Origin: Mobula hypostoma
Taxonomy: Eukaryota
Assembly (NCBI RefSeq): GCF_963921235.1
Contig: NC_086097.1
Coordinates: 27,654,001 to 27,718,000, forward strand
DNA: 64,000 nucleotides
Direction: 5' to 3'
In this document: one piece after another, positions 39,136-50,769 of the stretch
How positions within the stretch are numbered: position 1 is the first letter of the stretch
How the letters are laid out: each line of letters begins with the position of its first letter
The notes under the pieces: model-generated
What the model saw: the letters and a program-made list of their open reading frames with translations, nothing else
Database searches by the model: none
What the model was told of the DNA's origin: nothing
Translations under genes and position numbers: made by a program

Positions 39136-40189
39136 AAACGCCAGGTGATCTGACCAGAAGCCCTGGAAGAACCATGAGATCCACACAATCAGTCTGGCAA
39201 CCAAGTACGATACAAGACGTCCAGGTACGATCTCCAGAAAGCCATCTGGACCAAATTTGTATCAATAAAGGATGCTTGACCTCAGTGGCAGGGCTTGAAT
39301 GCTTTACCTCTTACAAAGTGAAACCAAGCAACAATTCTGTGGATTGGCTGTTTGCTTTTCTTATATTATTTGCACAATTTGTTCTTTCTTATCATACATG
39401 GATGCATGACTGTCTTTGTGGTGCGGGGTTTTTCACAAATTCTATTGTGTTTCTTTGTTTTGTAGCTGCCCACAAGAAGATGAATCTCAAGGTTGTATAT
39501 GGTATACATACTTCGGTAATAAATGTACTTTGAACTTTAAAAGAGTGCAGAGAAAATTTACAAGATGTTGCCAGGACTTGAGGACATGAGTTATAGGGAA
39601 AGGTTGAATAGATTAGAACTTTAGTGCCTAGAAAATAGGAGAATGAGGGGTGATTTGATAGAGGTGTACAAAATTGTGAGGGGTAAAGACAGGGCAACTG
39701 CAAGCACACTTTTTCCACTGAAGTTGGGTGATACTAGATGAGAGGTCATGGGTTAAGGGTGAAAAGTGAACTGTTCACAGGTGAGACCTCTTTACTCAGA
39801 GGGTGATGAGAACGTGGAAGAAGCTGCCAGTGGAGTGGTAGATTTGAGTTTAATTTCAAGAGAAATCTCAATAGATACATGGATCGAAGGGGTGTGGAGG
39901 GCTATGGTCCAGGTGCAGGTTGTTGGGTCTCGACAGATTAATCTTTCGGCAGAGATTATATAGGCCAAAGGGTCTGTTTCTATGCTGTAGTATTCTATGA
40001 CTCTATCCCCTCCAACCTTATCTTTTAATGGGCACATACTAGTTTCTACTACTATGATCCTCCACTATGAGAGTAGCTATTTCTGATCCACATTTTGATA
40101 AATTATGTATCAGCTTAGCAAAGCTGCCTTTGCCAAATTCACAATTCTTATTCTCAATCTTCGTCTTTTCCCATAACAAAACAAAACGC

Positions 40190-42960
40190 AACTCAACCCA
40201 TCACTGAGACACGGCTAAAGGGTGCATGTCTCTGGGAGCTGAATGTCCAAGGATACCCAGTGTATCAGAAGGATAGGCAGGTAGGCAGAGGGGGAGACGT
40301 GGCTTTATTGGTAAGAAATGATGTTAAATCATTAGAAAGAGGTGATATAGGATCGGAGGGTGCAGAATCTTTATGGGTTGAGCTAAGAAATCGCAGGGGT
40401 AAAAGGACCCTGAAGGCAGTTATATACTGGCCTCCTAACAGCTGCAGTGATGTGGACTACAAATTACAACAGGAAATAGAAAAGGCTTGTCAGAAGGGCA
40501 GTGTTATGGTAATTGTGGGGGATTTTAACATGCGAGTAGATTGGGAAAATCAGGTCGGCACTGGATCTCAAGAGAGAGAATTTGTAGAATGTCTGCGAGA
40601 TGGCTTTTTAGGACAGCTTGTTGTTGAGCCCACTAGGGGATCAGCTGTACTGGATTGGCTATTGTGTAAAGAACCAGAGGTGATTAGAGAGATTGAGGTG
40701 AAGGAACCCTTGGGAGGCAGTGATCATAACATGATTGAGTTCACTGTGAAATTTGAGAAAGAGAAGCCGAAATCCGATGTGTCAGTATTTCAGTGGAGTA
40801 AAAGAAATTATAGTGGCATGAGAGAGGAACTGGCCAAAGTTGACTGGAAAGGGACACTAGTGGGAAGGACGGCAGAGCAGCAGTGGCTGGAGTTTATGCG
40901 AGAAGTGAGGAAGGTGCAAGACAGATATATTCCAAAAAAGAAGAAATTTTCGAATGGAAAAAGGATGCAACCGTGGCTGACAAGGTAAGTCAAAGCCAAA
41001 GTTAAAGCAAAGGAGAGGGCATACAAGGAAACAAAAATTAGTGGGAAGACAGAGGATTGGGAACTAAGAAGGTTATTAAGAGGGAAAAGATGAACTATGA
41101 AAGGAAGCTAGCAAATAATATCAAAGAGGATACTAAAAGCTTTTTCAAGTATATAAAGAGTAAAAGACAGGTGAGAGTAGATATAGGACCAATAGAAAAT
41201 GATGCTGGAGAAATTGTAATGGGAGATAAGGAGATGGCGGAGGAACTGAACAAGTATTTTGCATCAATCTTCACTGAGGAAGACATCAGCAGTATACCGG
41301 ACACTCGAGGGTGTCAGGGAAGAGAAGTGTGCGCATTCACAATTACGACAGAGAAAGTACTCAGGAAACTGAATAGTCTAAGGGTAGATAAATCTCCTGG
41401 ACCAGATGGAATGCACCCTGGTGTTCTGAAGGAAATAGCTGTGGAGATTGCGGAGGCATTAGCAATGATCTTTCAAAAGTCGATAGATTCTGGCATGGTT
41501 CCGGAGGACTGGAAGATTGCAAATGTCACTCCGCTATTTAAGAAGGGGGCAAGGAAGCAAAAAGGAAATTATAGACCTGTTAGAGTGACATCGGTGGTTG
41601 GGAAGTTGTTGGATTCGATTGTCAAGGATGAGGTTACAGAGTACCTGAAGGCATATGACAAGATAGGCAGAACTCAGCATGGTTTCCTTAAAGGAAAATC
41701 CTGCCTGACAAACCTATTGCAATTTTTTGAGGAAATTACGTAGGCTAGACAAGGGAGATGCAGTGGATGTTGGATTTTCAGAAGACCTTTGAGAAGGTGC
41801 CACACATGAGGCTGCTTAACAAGATAAGAGCCCATGGAATTACAGGAAAGTTACATACGTGGATAGAGCGTTGGCTGATTGGCAGATAACAGAAAGTGGG
41901 AATAAAGGGATCCTATTCTGGTTGGCTGCCGGTTACCAGTGGTGTTCCACAGGGATCAGTGTTGGGGCTGCTTCTTTTTACATTGTACATCAATGATTTG
42001 GGTTATGGAATAGATGGCTTTGTGGCTAAGTTTGCTGATGATACAAAGATAGGTGGAGGTGCCGGTAGTGCTGAGGAAACAGAGAGTCTGCAGAGAGACT
42101 TGGATAGATTGGGAGAATGGGCAAAGAAGTGGCAAATGAAATACAATGTTGGAAAGTGTATGGTTATGCACTTTGGCAGAAGAAATAAATGGGCAGACTA
42201 TTATTTAAATGGGGAGAGAATTCAAAGTTCTGAGATGCAACAGGATTTGGGAGTCCTCGTGCAGGATACCCTTAAGGTTAACTTCCAGGTTGAGTCAGTG
42301 GTGAAGAAGGCGAATGCAATGTTGGCATTCATTTCTAGTGGAATAGAGTATAGGAACAGGGATGTGATGTTGAGGCTCTATAAGGCACTGGTAAGACCTT
42401 ACTTGGAGTACTGTGGGCAGTTTTGGGCTCCTTATTTAAGAAAGGATGTGCTGACGTTGGACAGGGTTCAGAGAAGATTCACTAGAATGATTCCAGGAAT
42501 GAGAGGGTTAACATATGAGGAACATTTGTCTGCTCTTGGACTATATTCCTTGGAGTTTAGAAGAATGAGGGAAGACCTCATAGAAACATTTCGAATGTTG
42601 AAAGGCATGGACAGAGTGGATGTGGCAAAATTGTTTCCCATCGTGGGCGAGTCTAGTACGAGAGGGCATGACTTAAGGATTGAAGGGTGTCCATTTAGAA
42701 CAGAGATGCGAAGAAATTTTTTTTAGCCAGAGGGTGGTGAATCTATGGAATTTGTTTCCACGGGCAGCAGTGGAGGCCAAGTCATTGGGTGTATTTAAGG
42801 CAGAGATTGATAGGTATCTGAGTAGCCAGGGCATCAAAAGTTACAGTGAGAAGGCAGGGGAGTGGGACTAAATGGGAGAATGGATCAGCTCATGATAAAA
42901 TGGCGGAGCAGACTCAATGGGTCGAATGGCCGACTTCGGCTCCTTTGTCTTATGGTCTAA
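40190..42960 (+). mobile_element. Near-complete CR1 ORF2 (APE endonuclease + RT) with frameshifts/stops, plus 3'UTR
   Basis: ORFs 40260-40988 (GDFN, SDHN), 41057-41743 (KSPGPDG, NYRPV) and 41896-42726 (GVPQGS, FADDTK). Confidence 0.95.
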
Positions 42961-43135
42961 ATTATCAGCACTGTCCTTAATATGCTGATCACAAAAAAAA
43001 AGAAAACCTGCAATTTCTGGAAATCCAAGCAACACACACAAAATCTGTCTAGCCTGCTGAGTTCCTCCAGCATTTTGTGTGTGCTGCCTTGATATGCTGT
43101 GCATCTTTTCTACTTCATTCCCCAAAACTAAGCCT

Positions 43136-43547
43136 TGTTGGATCCTTATGCTTTGCGATCCAGAGGTTCTTAGGAAGTCAAAAATGAGGCATAAAACTTA
43201 TTGCTCACAGCTGTTTTATTAAGTATTACAGTAGCAACAAATGAACAAGAAAAGACAACGAGAAAACGATAGACGAAGGAAAAAGCAGTCGTGATTGTCT
43301 CATACTCAAACTGGAGATAAAGAAATTTCAGTGATAACAATTAACCTATAAAATCACCAGATTTAAGTGGCATGACGCCTACTACTGAAAACTAAGAACT
43401 TTCTAGAAAGATAAAGAAGGAACTGGAAAATTCACCGAAAAATTACATGTATAAAGGTGATTATATAACAATAGAAGCAAGCGTAAGAAAGTTAAACAAC
43501 AAGAAAAAAATACAAGGAAATTAATAAGTCTATACCGCAATGCAACA
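43136..43547. mobile_element. Possible solo LTR
   Basis: TGTTG...CAACA termini, flanks gcct/tcct, AATAAA on minus strand at ~43214; no second copy in the window. Confidence 0.35.
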
Positions 43548-45600
43548 TCCTATTTCCATGCCCTCCTTTTTTTGGGCTTAAATATTGATTTAAAAATTGG
43601 TAAATTGGTTATTATTGTCACGGGGTACAATTGAAAAAAAGTTGTTTTGCAAGCTATTCATACAGATCATTTCATCACGTCAATACATTGAAGCAGATTT
43701 TAAAGTGTAGAATGATTAATGAAGTGATAAGTAGATCTGCAGAGAGCATCTTGCAATGAGCCGCTACACTCTAGCACCAGCCTTTATGAACACCTAGAAT
43801 TCTTACCTTCTTTCTTTCTGGTTCTGCCTTAATTAATGCTCTGGCTGTTTAAATCTCAAATTATCCTTGCCTTATTGTATTGCACCTCAGAATCTTGCTG
43901 ACATCTTCACTTCTATCAATTTTACTGTTTGTGGGCATTAGAGATCACAGAGTGGGCAATGATAATTAACTGTAAATCAAAAACAAAGAAAAGCAGAATA
44001 TATTGGAAAGATATTCTGCAGATACTGGAAATCCAGAGCCACACGCAAAATGCTGGAGGAATTTAACAGGTCAGACAGCATCTATTGTGGGAACAAGCAG
44101 TCAACGTTTCTGGCCGAGACCCTCCATCAGGACAATATTGAAAATACTTAACAGCTCAGGCAGCATCTGTGTCAAAGAGTCATAGAACATTACAGCACAG
44201 GAACAGGCCATTTAGCGCACCTAGTCCATGCTGAACTGTTATTCTGCCTAGTCCCATTGACCCACACCTGGATCATAGCTCTCCAACGCCCCTCCTATCC
44301 ATGTACTTATCTAAACTTCTCTTAAGTGTTGCAATCAAACCTGCATCCACTACTTCAACTGGCAACTCATTCCACAACCTCTGAGTGAAGAAGTTCCCCC
44401 TCAGGTCCTCCTTCACTCTTCACCCTAACTTATGACCTCTAGTTCTCGTCTTACCTAACCTTGGTGCAAAACGCCTGCTTGCAATTTTCTCTCTACTTTT
44501 TCAGTCTTATGGAGTTCCTGTAGGTAGGTGACAGGAACTGCACACAATGCTCCAATGTGTAAAGAGAAATGGATCAATGTTTCAGGTCAAAGACTTTTTG
44601 TCAGGAATGTGATTTTCCAAGTTTCATTCTTCAATTCAACCAATTTGTTTATCTTTTTAATATAATATCCTTGCAGTTGTAATTGTTTCCTTAACTAATA
44701 TTGCTTTGCCTCCTCTTATTTTACCTCTCAATCCATCTCATCTGGATTAGCCATCACAGTTTTGTGGAAAATTGTGCAGTTCAGAACAACAAGCGAACTA
44801 CACTTCTATTGCATTTCTCTGAGCCTCAGGACACCCCAATCTGCTTTACTAGGACATTTGGAATGTAATCACAATTGTGTGCTCAAGCAATAGATAACTG
44901 AGCCTGAAGATTTATTTCTTTAATGAAGTTGATTAAGGAATCAATAAGGGAGAACTTATCTGTGCTTCCTTGGTACAGTGGGACCACTGAACTCCATCTG
45001 AGGGGCTAAGAGAGGCTTAGTTTAATGCTTCTGAAAATTAAAACATAAACTGTAGATGTCTACTCCCAATTTACTACATCAGTAGATAAAATACTGTAGA
45101 TGCTAGAATCTGAAATAAAAACAAAAAATACAGGAAGTATTCTGCAGGTCTGGAAATAGAAGCAGAGTTGACTTTTCTCACCCAAGGCCCTTGTCAGATC
45201 TTTGAACTGTTTTTAAAGAAATTGAAAGATTAGCTTTATTTGTCACATGTACATTGGACATACAGTGAAATGCATCATTTGCATCAATGAACAACACAGT
45301 GCAGTCATCAAGCGTCGACACATTTCTCATGCCAACATAACATGGATAATAATTACTAACCACTACCTGAATGTCTTTGGAAAGTGAAAGGAAACCGGAG
45401 CATCCGGAGGAAACCCAAGCAGTCCCAGGGAGAATATACAAACTGCTTACAGAGAGCGGCAAGAACTAAACCCCGATCACTGATTGCTGGTGCTGTAATA
45501 GCATTACACTAACTGCCATGCTACTGTAGCTGTTCCTCACCTTCCCCACCTTTGTGTGACAACATAGGGTCTCAGACCTGAGCTTTAAACCTGTTTCTTA

Positions 45601-46465
45601 TGTTACGTACCCCGTAACTGGGTTGCCAAACCAGCAGAAATGGATCACTCAGTTGGAGTCTGGAGTACTAGAACTAAGAAAGTTTTATTAAAGAAACAAG
45701 CAACACATTAATCGAAAGGATAATAAATGCAACAGTTCAGCGATGATAAACGCACATGTGCACAGAATTAAGATAACAGCATCAATCAAGCTCTATCGTT
45801 GTCTAGGGGTAAATGACCAATTTCAAAATGACTCAAAGTTCAGTCCAGTTTAGTAGTTCAGTTCGCAGTAATCGTTGCCATGGCGGTGGACAATGTGGGG
45901 GAAGAGAGAGATAGAATAGGAACAACTCATCATTCAGAACGGCTTCACTCACAGACCAGCAGGATGGCTCACAAACAGCTTTTTGGGCGGGTCCTTGGTG
46001 ATGTCACCTGAGGTCACCGACTGTGACCCCTCCTCCAGATCGGTCGATCCTCTGCAGTGAACCCGGCACCCAGGCAAGGGCGGACACACACCGGGTTCCC
46101 GCTGATCGTACCTTTCCACCCTTGTCGTTGTCTGGGACTTCTCACCCACTCGTGAGAAGCGCACCGCTTCCAGGGTCTCGTTACCTCGGGTGGCGTGTGT
46201 GTCTGTCTTAGCGAACCTGTCCCTTTTTATCCCCCTGCTGGGGTATCGCCTGTCCATCACTTCAAACAGTTCAGGCTTCAAAGGGGGGGGGGGAGCCGCT
46301 CCAGACAGCTCTTCCTCCCACATCCCTTCATTACACATCTCCAGACGCTGCTCCATTGTTCCTTATCTCTCCTTCCCCTGAGGGCAGGTGGCAGACCAAC
46401 TGCTGATGCCACTGATGCTAGCCCAGGCCAGCAAACATCTTAATTTTATGTGTATTCTCGTAACA
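45601..46465 (-). repeat. 3' LTR of the Gmr1-like element
   Basis: 865 bp, 7-bp terminal inverted repeats, adjacent PPT. Confidence 0.95.
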
Positions 46466-46637
46466 CTTCCCCCCTTTAAGGATTTTTACCGGGAGGTAAA
46501 AATTACAAACATGACTACATTATCTGATACCTACACAATATACATCTTTAACAGTTATTTAGCTAATACAGAGAATTTGAAGCTGTCAACACCTTGACAG
46601 ACAGTCATCACATTTTCTGTTCCTTTTACACGTGTTA

Positions 46638-49610
46638 TTAATAATCCCTTAGACCAGGCTCCAACTCAGCAAACTTCATAGTGGCCAAAAACACTGATGA
46701 ATTGCGACCAATGTAACCTCTCATTTGGTTTTGTCCCGGACCACAACAACAAGGGTCGTCCCATTCCGACTCAATTTTCCCTCGCAAGGGCTTAGTAGGA
46801 GGGGGACGGGTATTGACCGCAGAGTTATTGCAAAACTTCCTGCAGTACCCCACCATCTCCAAAAGCCTTCTGAGGGCCCTCCTGTCTGTCGGGGTTGGGA
46901 GGTCAGCGATAGCCTGCACTGTAGCTTGCATCACTGCCAGCTGCCCCTGTGTCACCACAATTCCCAGGTAAGTGACATTCGTGTGGCCGAATTCATTTTT
47001 TTCAAGGTTCACTATCAAGCTGGCTTCAGACAGCCGTGTTAAATTGCCAATACACACCTCTGTGTTCATCAGCCCTTTAGTCACTGAATTACTCAAAAAA
47101 TATGGGTGTTGTTTACTTGGCCGCCCTATTGTAACAGACATAACCCAACGTCCCAGTTCTTTGCATTTCCTCGGGACAATCAAACACATGGGTGCGAGTC
47201 GTTTAATTACTCCTTCGGGGATTAAGGGAGAGACCTTATCAGTAGACCTGGCCAAAACAATAGCCTTCTCCCATCTGACCGATCCCATCCTAATCTTTTC
47301 AAAATGGTTTTTTCCTCTTATCAGGGGGCCTCTAGCTTCATTGATTTCCACGCTAACACCGACTAGGTTTGTTAGCATATCAAAAGCCGGTGACCGTCTC
47401 AGTTCGCGTCGGTCATGATCAATAACATTCTTCCCCCTGGGCAGCCGGTAAATCTCTTTCATGATTCCACCAACTGTTTCCTCCAGCACCGCAAAATGTC
47501 CACCGGGGGGTACCTCGTAGGCCATGTTAAAAACCTCATCCCCATAACTCTTTTGCACCACCCCCCATTCCTCATCTGCGGGTACTGTACTTGATTTCCC
47601 TTTCTTCCTTAGCACTTCCTCATCCGCACAATAGCCTACTAGTTCCCTTGTCAAGGCTGTGTCAGAGAGAGCGGTCTCGGCAAAAACCATCAGCCCCTCG
47701 TCTCGCTCCTGCGTCTGCACAAATTCTTTCCCGGCTACTGCTACGTCCGTCCCAGCTCCCTCACTACCTCTTATCTCACTACACCCTGTCTCATACAAGG
47801 TTGGCAGAAATGTTTCAGCCAAATTCACCATCGCGGGCGGGGCCTCCATGCTGGCAGGCTGACCCGTCAATCTCACAACTGGGAACACGATTCCTCCGGC
47901 GATGTCATTACCGAGCAACACTTCCACGTCTTTCATCGGTAATTCGGACCTCACCCCGATCGTGACTAGTCCAGAGACCAGGTTGCTCTGTAAATGTATC
48001 TGGTGCAAAGGGACTGACTCTGTCCCTTCCCCAACACCTTTGACCTCTACCTCCCCAGTCTGGGTCTCTGAGCTAAACTCTAATACACTCTTCAGTATTA
48101 GTGACTGACACGCTCCCGTGTCTCTCCAGATCCGCACTGGAACTGGTTTTAACCTCTCCTTCACTGACACCAATCCGGCCGAGATAAACCTCTCGCGCCC
48201 TTCCTGGACTTTTTCAGACCTGTCCTTCCCTAGCGGTTCGCTTAACAGCTCAATACAGCCATTCCAAATTTCCGCTTTTCCTTTCCCCGTCTCCTTCCTT
48301 GGGGCAAAGCACCTGGACGCAAAGTGTCCGACTTTCCCACAATTATAACAGACGACCCCAGGAGACTTCCTACCAGACTGCTCCCGGTCTACCTTATCCT
48401 TTTCACTAGTCCCCGGCTTACTTTCTGACTTTTCCGGTGGACTCTCCCCGCCGTCCTGACTACCCTTCTGGTAGCCTTTACTCGGGGCAACCTTCATTTT
48501 ATGCGTCAACGCATACTCATCCGCTAACTTAGCAGTTGCGGCTAACGTGGCTGCCTCTTTCTCATCGAGGTAGGGTCTCATACCCTCAGGGACACAACCT
48601 TTAAACTGCTCAATCCGAACCAGTTGCAGCAGTCTGTCATAATCCCCCTCTACCCCTTTCGAGGCGCACCAACGCTCACAATATGTTTGCATCTCACGAG
48701 CAAACTCCAAATACGTGCGGTCCCACCGCTTCCTCGCATTCCGGAACCTCTGACGGTATGCCTCCGGGACCAACTCATAAATCCTGAGGATGGCCTCCTT
48801 CACCACCTCATACTTCTGGGCATCTTCCGGGGATAAAGCGGAGTAAGCTTGTTGGGCCTTCCCTTTCAGTACACTCTGAAGTAAGACAACCCACTTATCC
48901 CTCGGCCATTCCTGACTTATGGCCACTTTTTCGAAATGGAGAAAGTACCGATCCACATCGGTATCGTCAAATGGGGGAACCAGCCTAACCTCCTGGGTCG
49001 CCCGGAACCCTCCACCTTGGTTCGGCACGAGCCCCTGCTCGGCCCTTATCTTTAACTTCTCCAGCTCAAATTCCCTTTCCCTCTGTTTCTCCTCTCTCTC
49101 CAACTGTCTGTCCCTCTCTCTCTCTTCTCTCTCCAACTGTCTGTCCCTCTCTCTCTCTTCTCTCTCCAACTGTCTTTCTCTCTCTTGCCTTTCTACCTCT
49201 TTCTCTCTCTCCCGCCTTTCTAACTCTCTCTCTTTCTCCTGCCTTTCTAACTCTCTCTCTTTCTCCTGCCTTTCTAACTCTCTCTCTTTCTCCTGCCTTT
49301 CTAACTCTCTCTCTTTCTCCTGCCTTTCTAACTGCCGTACCCGGAACTCGTGCTCGAGTCTCAGTTTTTCAAGCTGTACCTGTACCGCGTCTCCAGCAGG
49401 TTTTTCAATAGACACCTCCCCCAGCTCACCTTGGGGAAACACACCTTTAGATACATAGTGCTCTACAATAGCTCTGTGTATCTCCTCTCTCCTCGTCGTC
49501 GACTTCACCTTAGCAAGATTCACCCGTTTTGCCACAGCTATCAATTCCGATTTCCTGGCATCCTCTAATGCCTCCAAGGTCGGCGCCTTTATAAATTCCT
49601 CAACCTCCAT
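46638..49610 (-). CDS. Gag (E/R-rich repeat, SCAN-like capsid, CCHC knuckle) - aspartic protease - in-frame integrase/RT remnants
   Basis: LVPPF...YFLHFE...W; EAYRQRFR...IEQFKGCVP; CYNCGKVGHFASRC; RDTGACQSL...LLGND; degenerate IN (VPPGGHF) precedes RT remnants (KQHPY; YLGIVV...LRRLLEMVGYCRKF); no YxDD or DDE. Confidence 0.9.
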   Translation of the reverse strand: MEVEEFIKAPTLEALEDARKSELIAVAKRVNLAKVKSTTRREEIHRAIVEHYVSKGVFPQGELGEVSIEKPAGDAVQVQLEKLRLEHEFRVRQLERQEKERELERQEKERELERQEKERELERQEKERELERREREKEVERQERERQLEREERERDRQLEREERERDRQLEREEKQREREFELEKLKIRAEQGLVPNQGGGFRATQEVRLVPPFDDTDVDRYFLHFEKVAISQEWPRDKWVVLLQSVLKGKAQQAYSALSPEDAQKYEVVKEAILRIYELVPEAYRQRFRNARKRWDRTYLEFAREMQTYCERWCASKGVEGDYDRLLQLVRIEQFKGCVPEGMRPYLDEKEAATLAATAKLADEYALTHKMKVAPSKGYQKGSQDGGESPPEKSESKPGTSEKDKVDREQSGRKSPGVVCYNCGKVGHFASRCFAPRKETGKGKAEIWNGCIELLSEPLGKDRSEKVQEGRERFISAGLVSVKERLKPVPVRIWRDTGACQSLILKSVLEFSSETQTGEVEVKGVGEGTESVPLHQIHLQSNLVSGLVTIGVRSELPMKDVEVLLGNDIAGGIVFPVVRLTGQPASMEAPPAMVNLAETFLPTLYETGCSEIRGSEGAGTDVAVAGKEFVQTQERDEGLMVFAETALSDTALTRELVGYCADEEVLRKKGKSSTVPADEEWGVVQKSYGDEVFNMAYEVPPGGHFAVLEETVGGIMKEIYRLPRGKNVIDHDRRELRRSPAFDMLTNLVGVSVEINEARGPLIRGKNHFEKIRMGSVRWEKAIVLARSTDKVSPLIPEGVIKRLAPMCLIVPRKCKELGRWVMSVTIGRPSKQHPYFLSNSVTKGLMNTEVCIGNLTRLSEASLIVNLEKNEFGHTNVTYLGIVVTQGQLAVMQATVQAIADLPTPTDRRALRRLLEMVGYCRKFCNNSAVNTRPPPTKPLRGKIESEWDDPCCCGPGQNQMRGYIGRNSSVFLATMKFAELEPGLRDY

Positions 49611-49709
49611 TTCTGCTGTTTGTCTTTTCTTTCTTTCGGGAATTTTAACCCAATCAATTTACTCCGTCCCAAATTTAGCGTTCAAAATCGCGGACGAGAA
49701 CCCCACTTA

Positions 49710-50592
49710 TGTTACGTACCCCGTAACTGGGTTGCCAAACCAGCAGAAATGGATCACTCAGTTGGAGTCTGGAGTACTAGAACTAAGAAAGTTTTATTAA
49801 AGAAACAAGCAACACATTAATCGAAAGGATAATAAATGCAACAGTTCAGCGATGATAAACGCACATGTGCACAGAATTAAGATAACAGCATCAATCAAGC
49901 TCTATCGTTGTCTAGGGGTAAATGACCAATTTCAAAATGACTCAAAGTTCAGTCCAGTTTAGTAGTTCAGTTCGCAGTAATCGTTGCCATGGCGGTGGAC
50001 AATGTGGGGGAAGAGAGAGATAGAATAGGAACAACTCATCATTCAGAACGGCTTCACTCACAGACCAGCAAGATGGCTCACAGACCAGCGAGATGGCTCA
50101 CAAACAGCTTTTTGGGCGGGTCCTTGGTGATGTCACCTGAGGTCACCGACTGTGACCCCTCCTCCAGATGCGGTCGATCCTCTGCAGTGAACCCGGCACC
50201 CAGGCAAGGGCGGACACACACCGGGTTCCCGCTGATCGTACCTTTCCACCCTTGTCGTTGTCTGGGACTTCTCACCCACTCGTGAGAAGCGCACCGCTTC
50301 CAGGGTCTCGTTACCTCGGGTGGCATGTGTGTCTGTCTTAGCGAACCTGTCCCTTTTTATCCCCCTGCTGGGGTATCGCCTGTCCATCACTTCAAACAGT
50401 TCAGGCTTCAAAGGGGGGGGAGCCGCTCCAGACAGCTCTTCCTCCCACATCCCTTCATTACACATCTCCAGACGCTGCTCCATTGTTCCTTATCTCTCCT
50501 TCCCCTGAGGGCAGGTGGCAGACCAACTGCTGATGCCACTGATGCTAGCCCAGGCCAGCAAACATCTTAATTTTATGTGTATTCTCGTAACA
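49710..50592 (-). repeat. 5' LTR of the Gmr1-like element
   Basis: 883 bp; differs from the 3' LTR by a 20-bp duplication, G-run length and very few small changes; adjacent PBS. Confidence 0.95.
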
Positions 50593-50769
50593 CTCTTAAC
50601 AGAGATGCTGCCTCGTCACATTTGAGCTATGGTAAATCTCTGTCGGCGTAAGAAATTCACCATCATTGAAGGGAAGAATGGCATTGGCAGGGAAATATCA
50701 GGAAGGAAGGTAGCCATACAAAGAGCTGATTACTGATTACGTGAGGAAGAAGCCAGGGGTCCATGAGCC

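Larger units (their letters stand above)
45601..50592 (-). mobile_element. Young non-autonomous Gypsy/Ty3 LTR retrotransposon, Gmr1-like
   Basis: Near-identical LTRs 45601-46465 and 49710-50592 (TGTTACG...CGTAACA); PBS tggggttctcgtccg (tRNA-Pro-like) at ~49691-49705; PPT aaaggggggaag at 46466-46477; single 990-aa ORF. Confidence 0.95.

Noticed and set aside
43800..43840. Minus-strand donor-like aag|gtaag
   Set aside because: No TTC7B-like peptide upstream
45949..46443. Duplicated ORFs at ~46.0-46.4 kb and ~50.1-50.6 kb
   Set aside because: They lie within the LTRs, differ by a frameshift between copies and show no recognisable domain
48919..49458. 179-aa Ser/Leu-rich ORF
   Set aside because: Antisense shadow of the Gag E/R repeat
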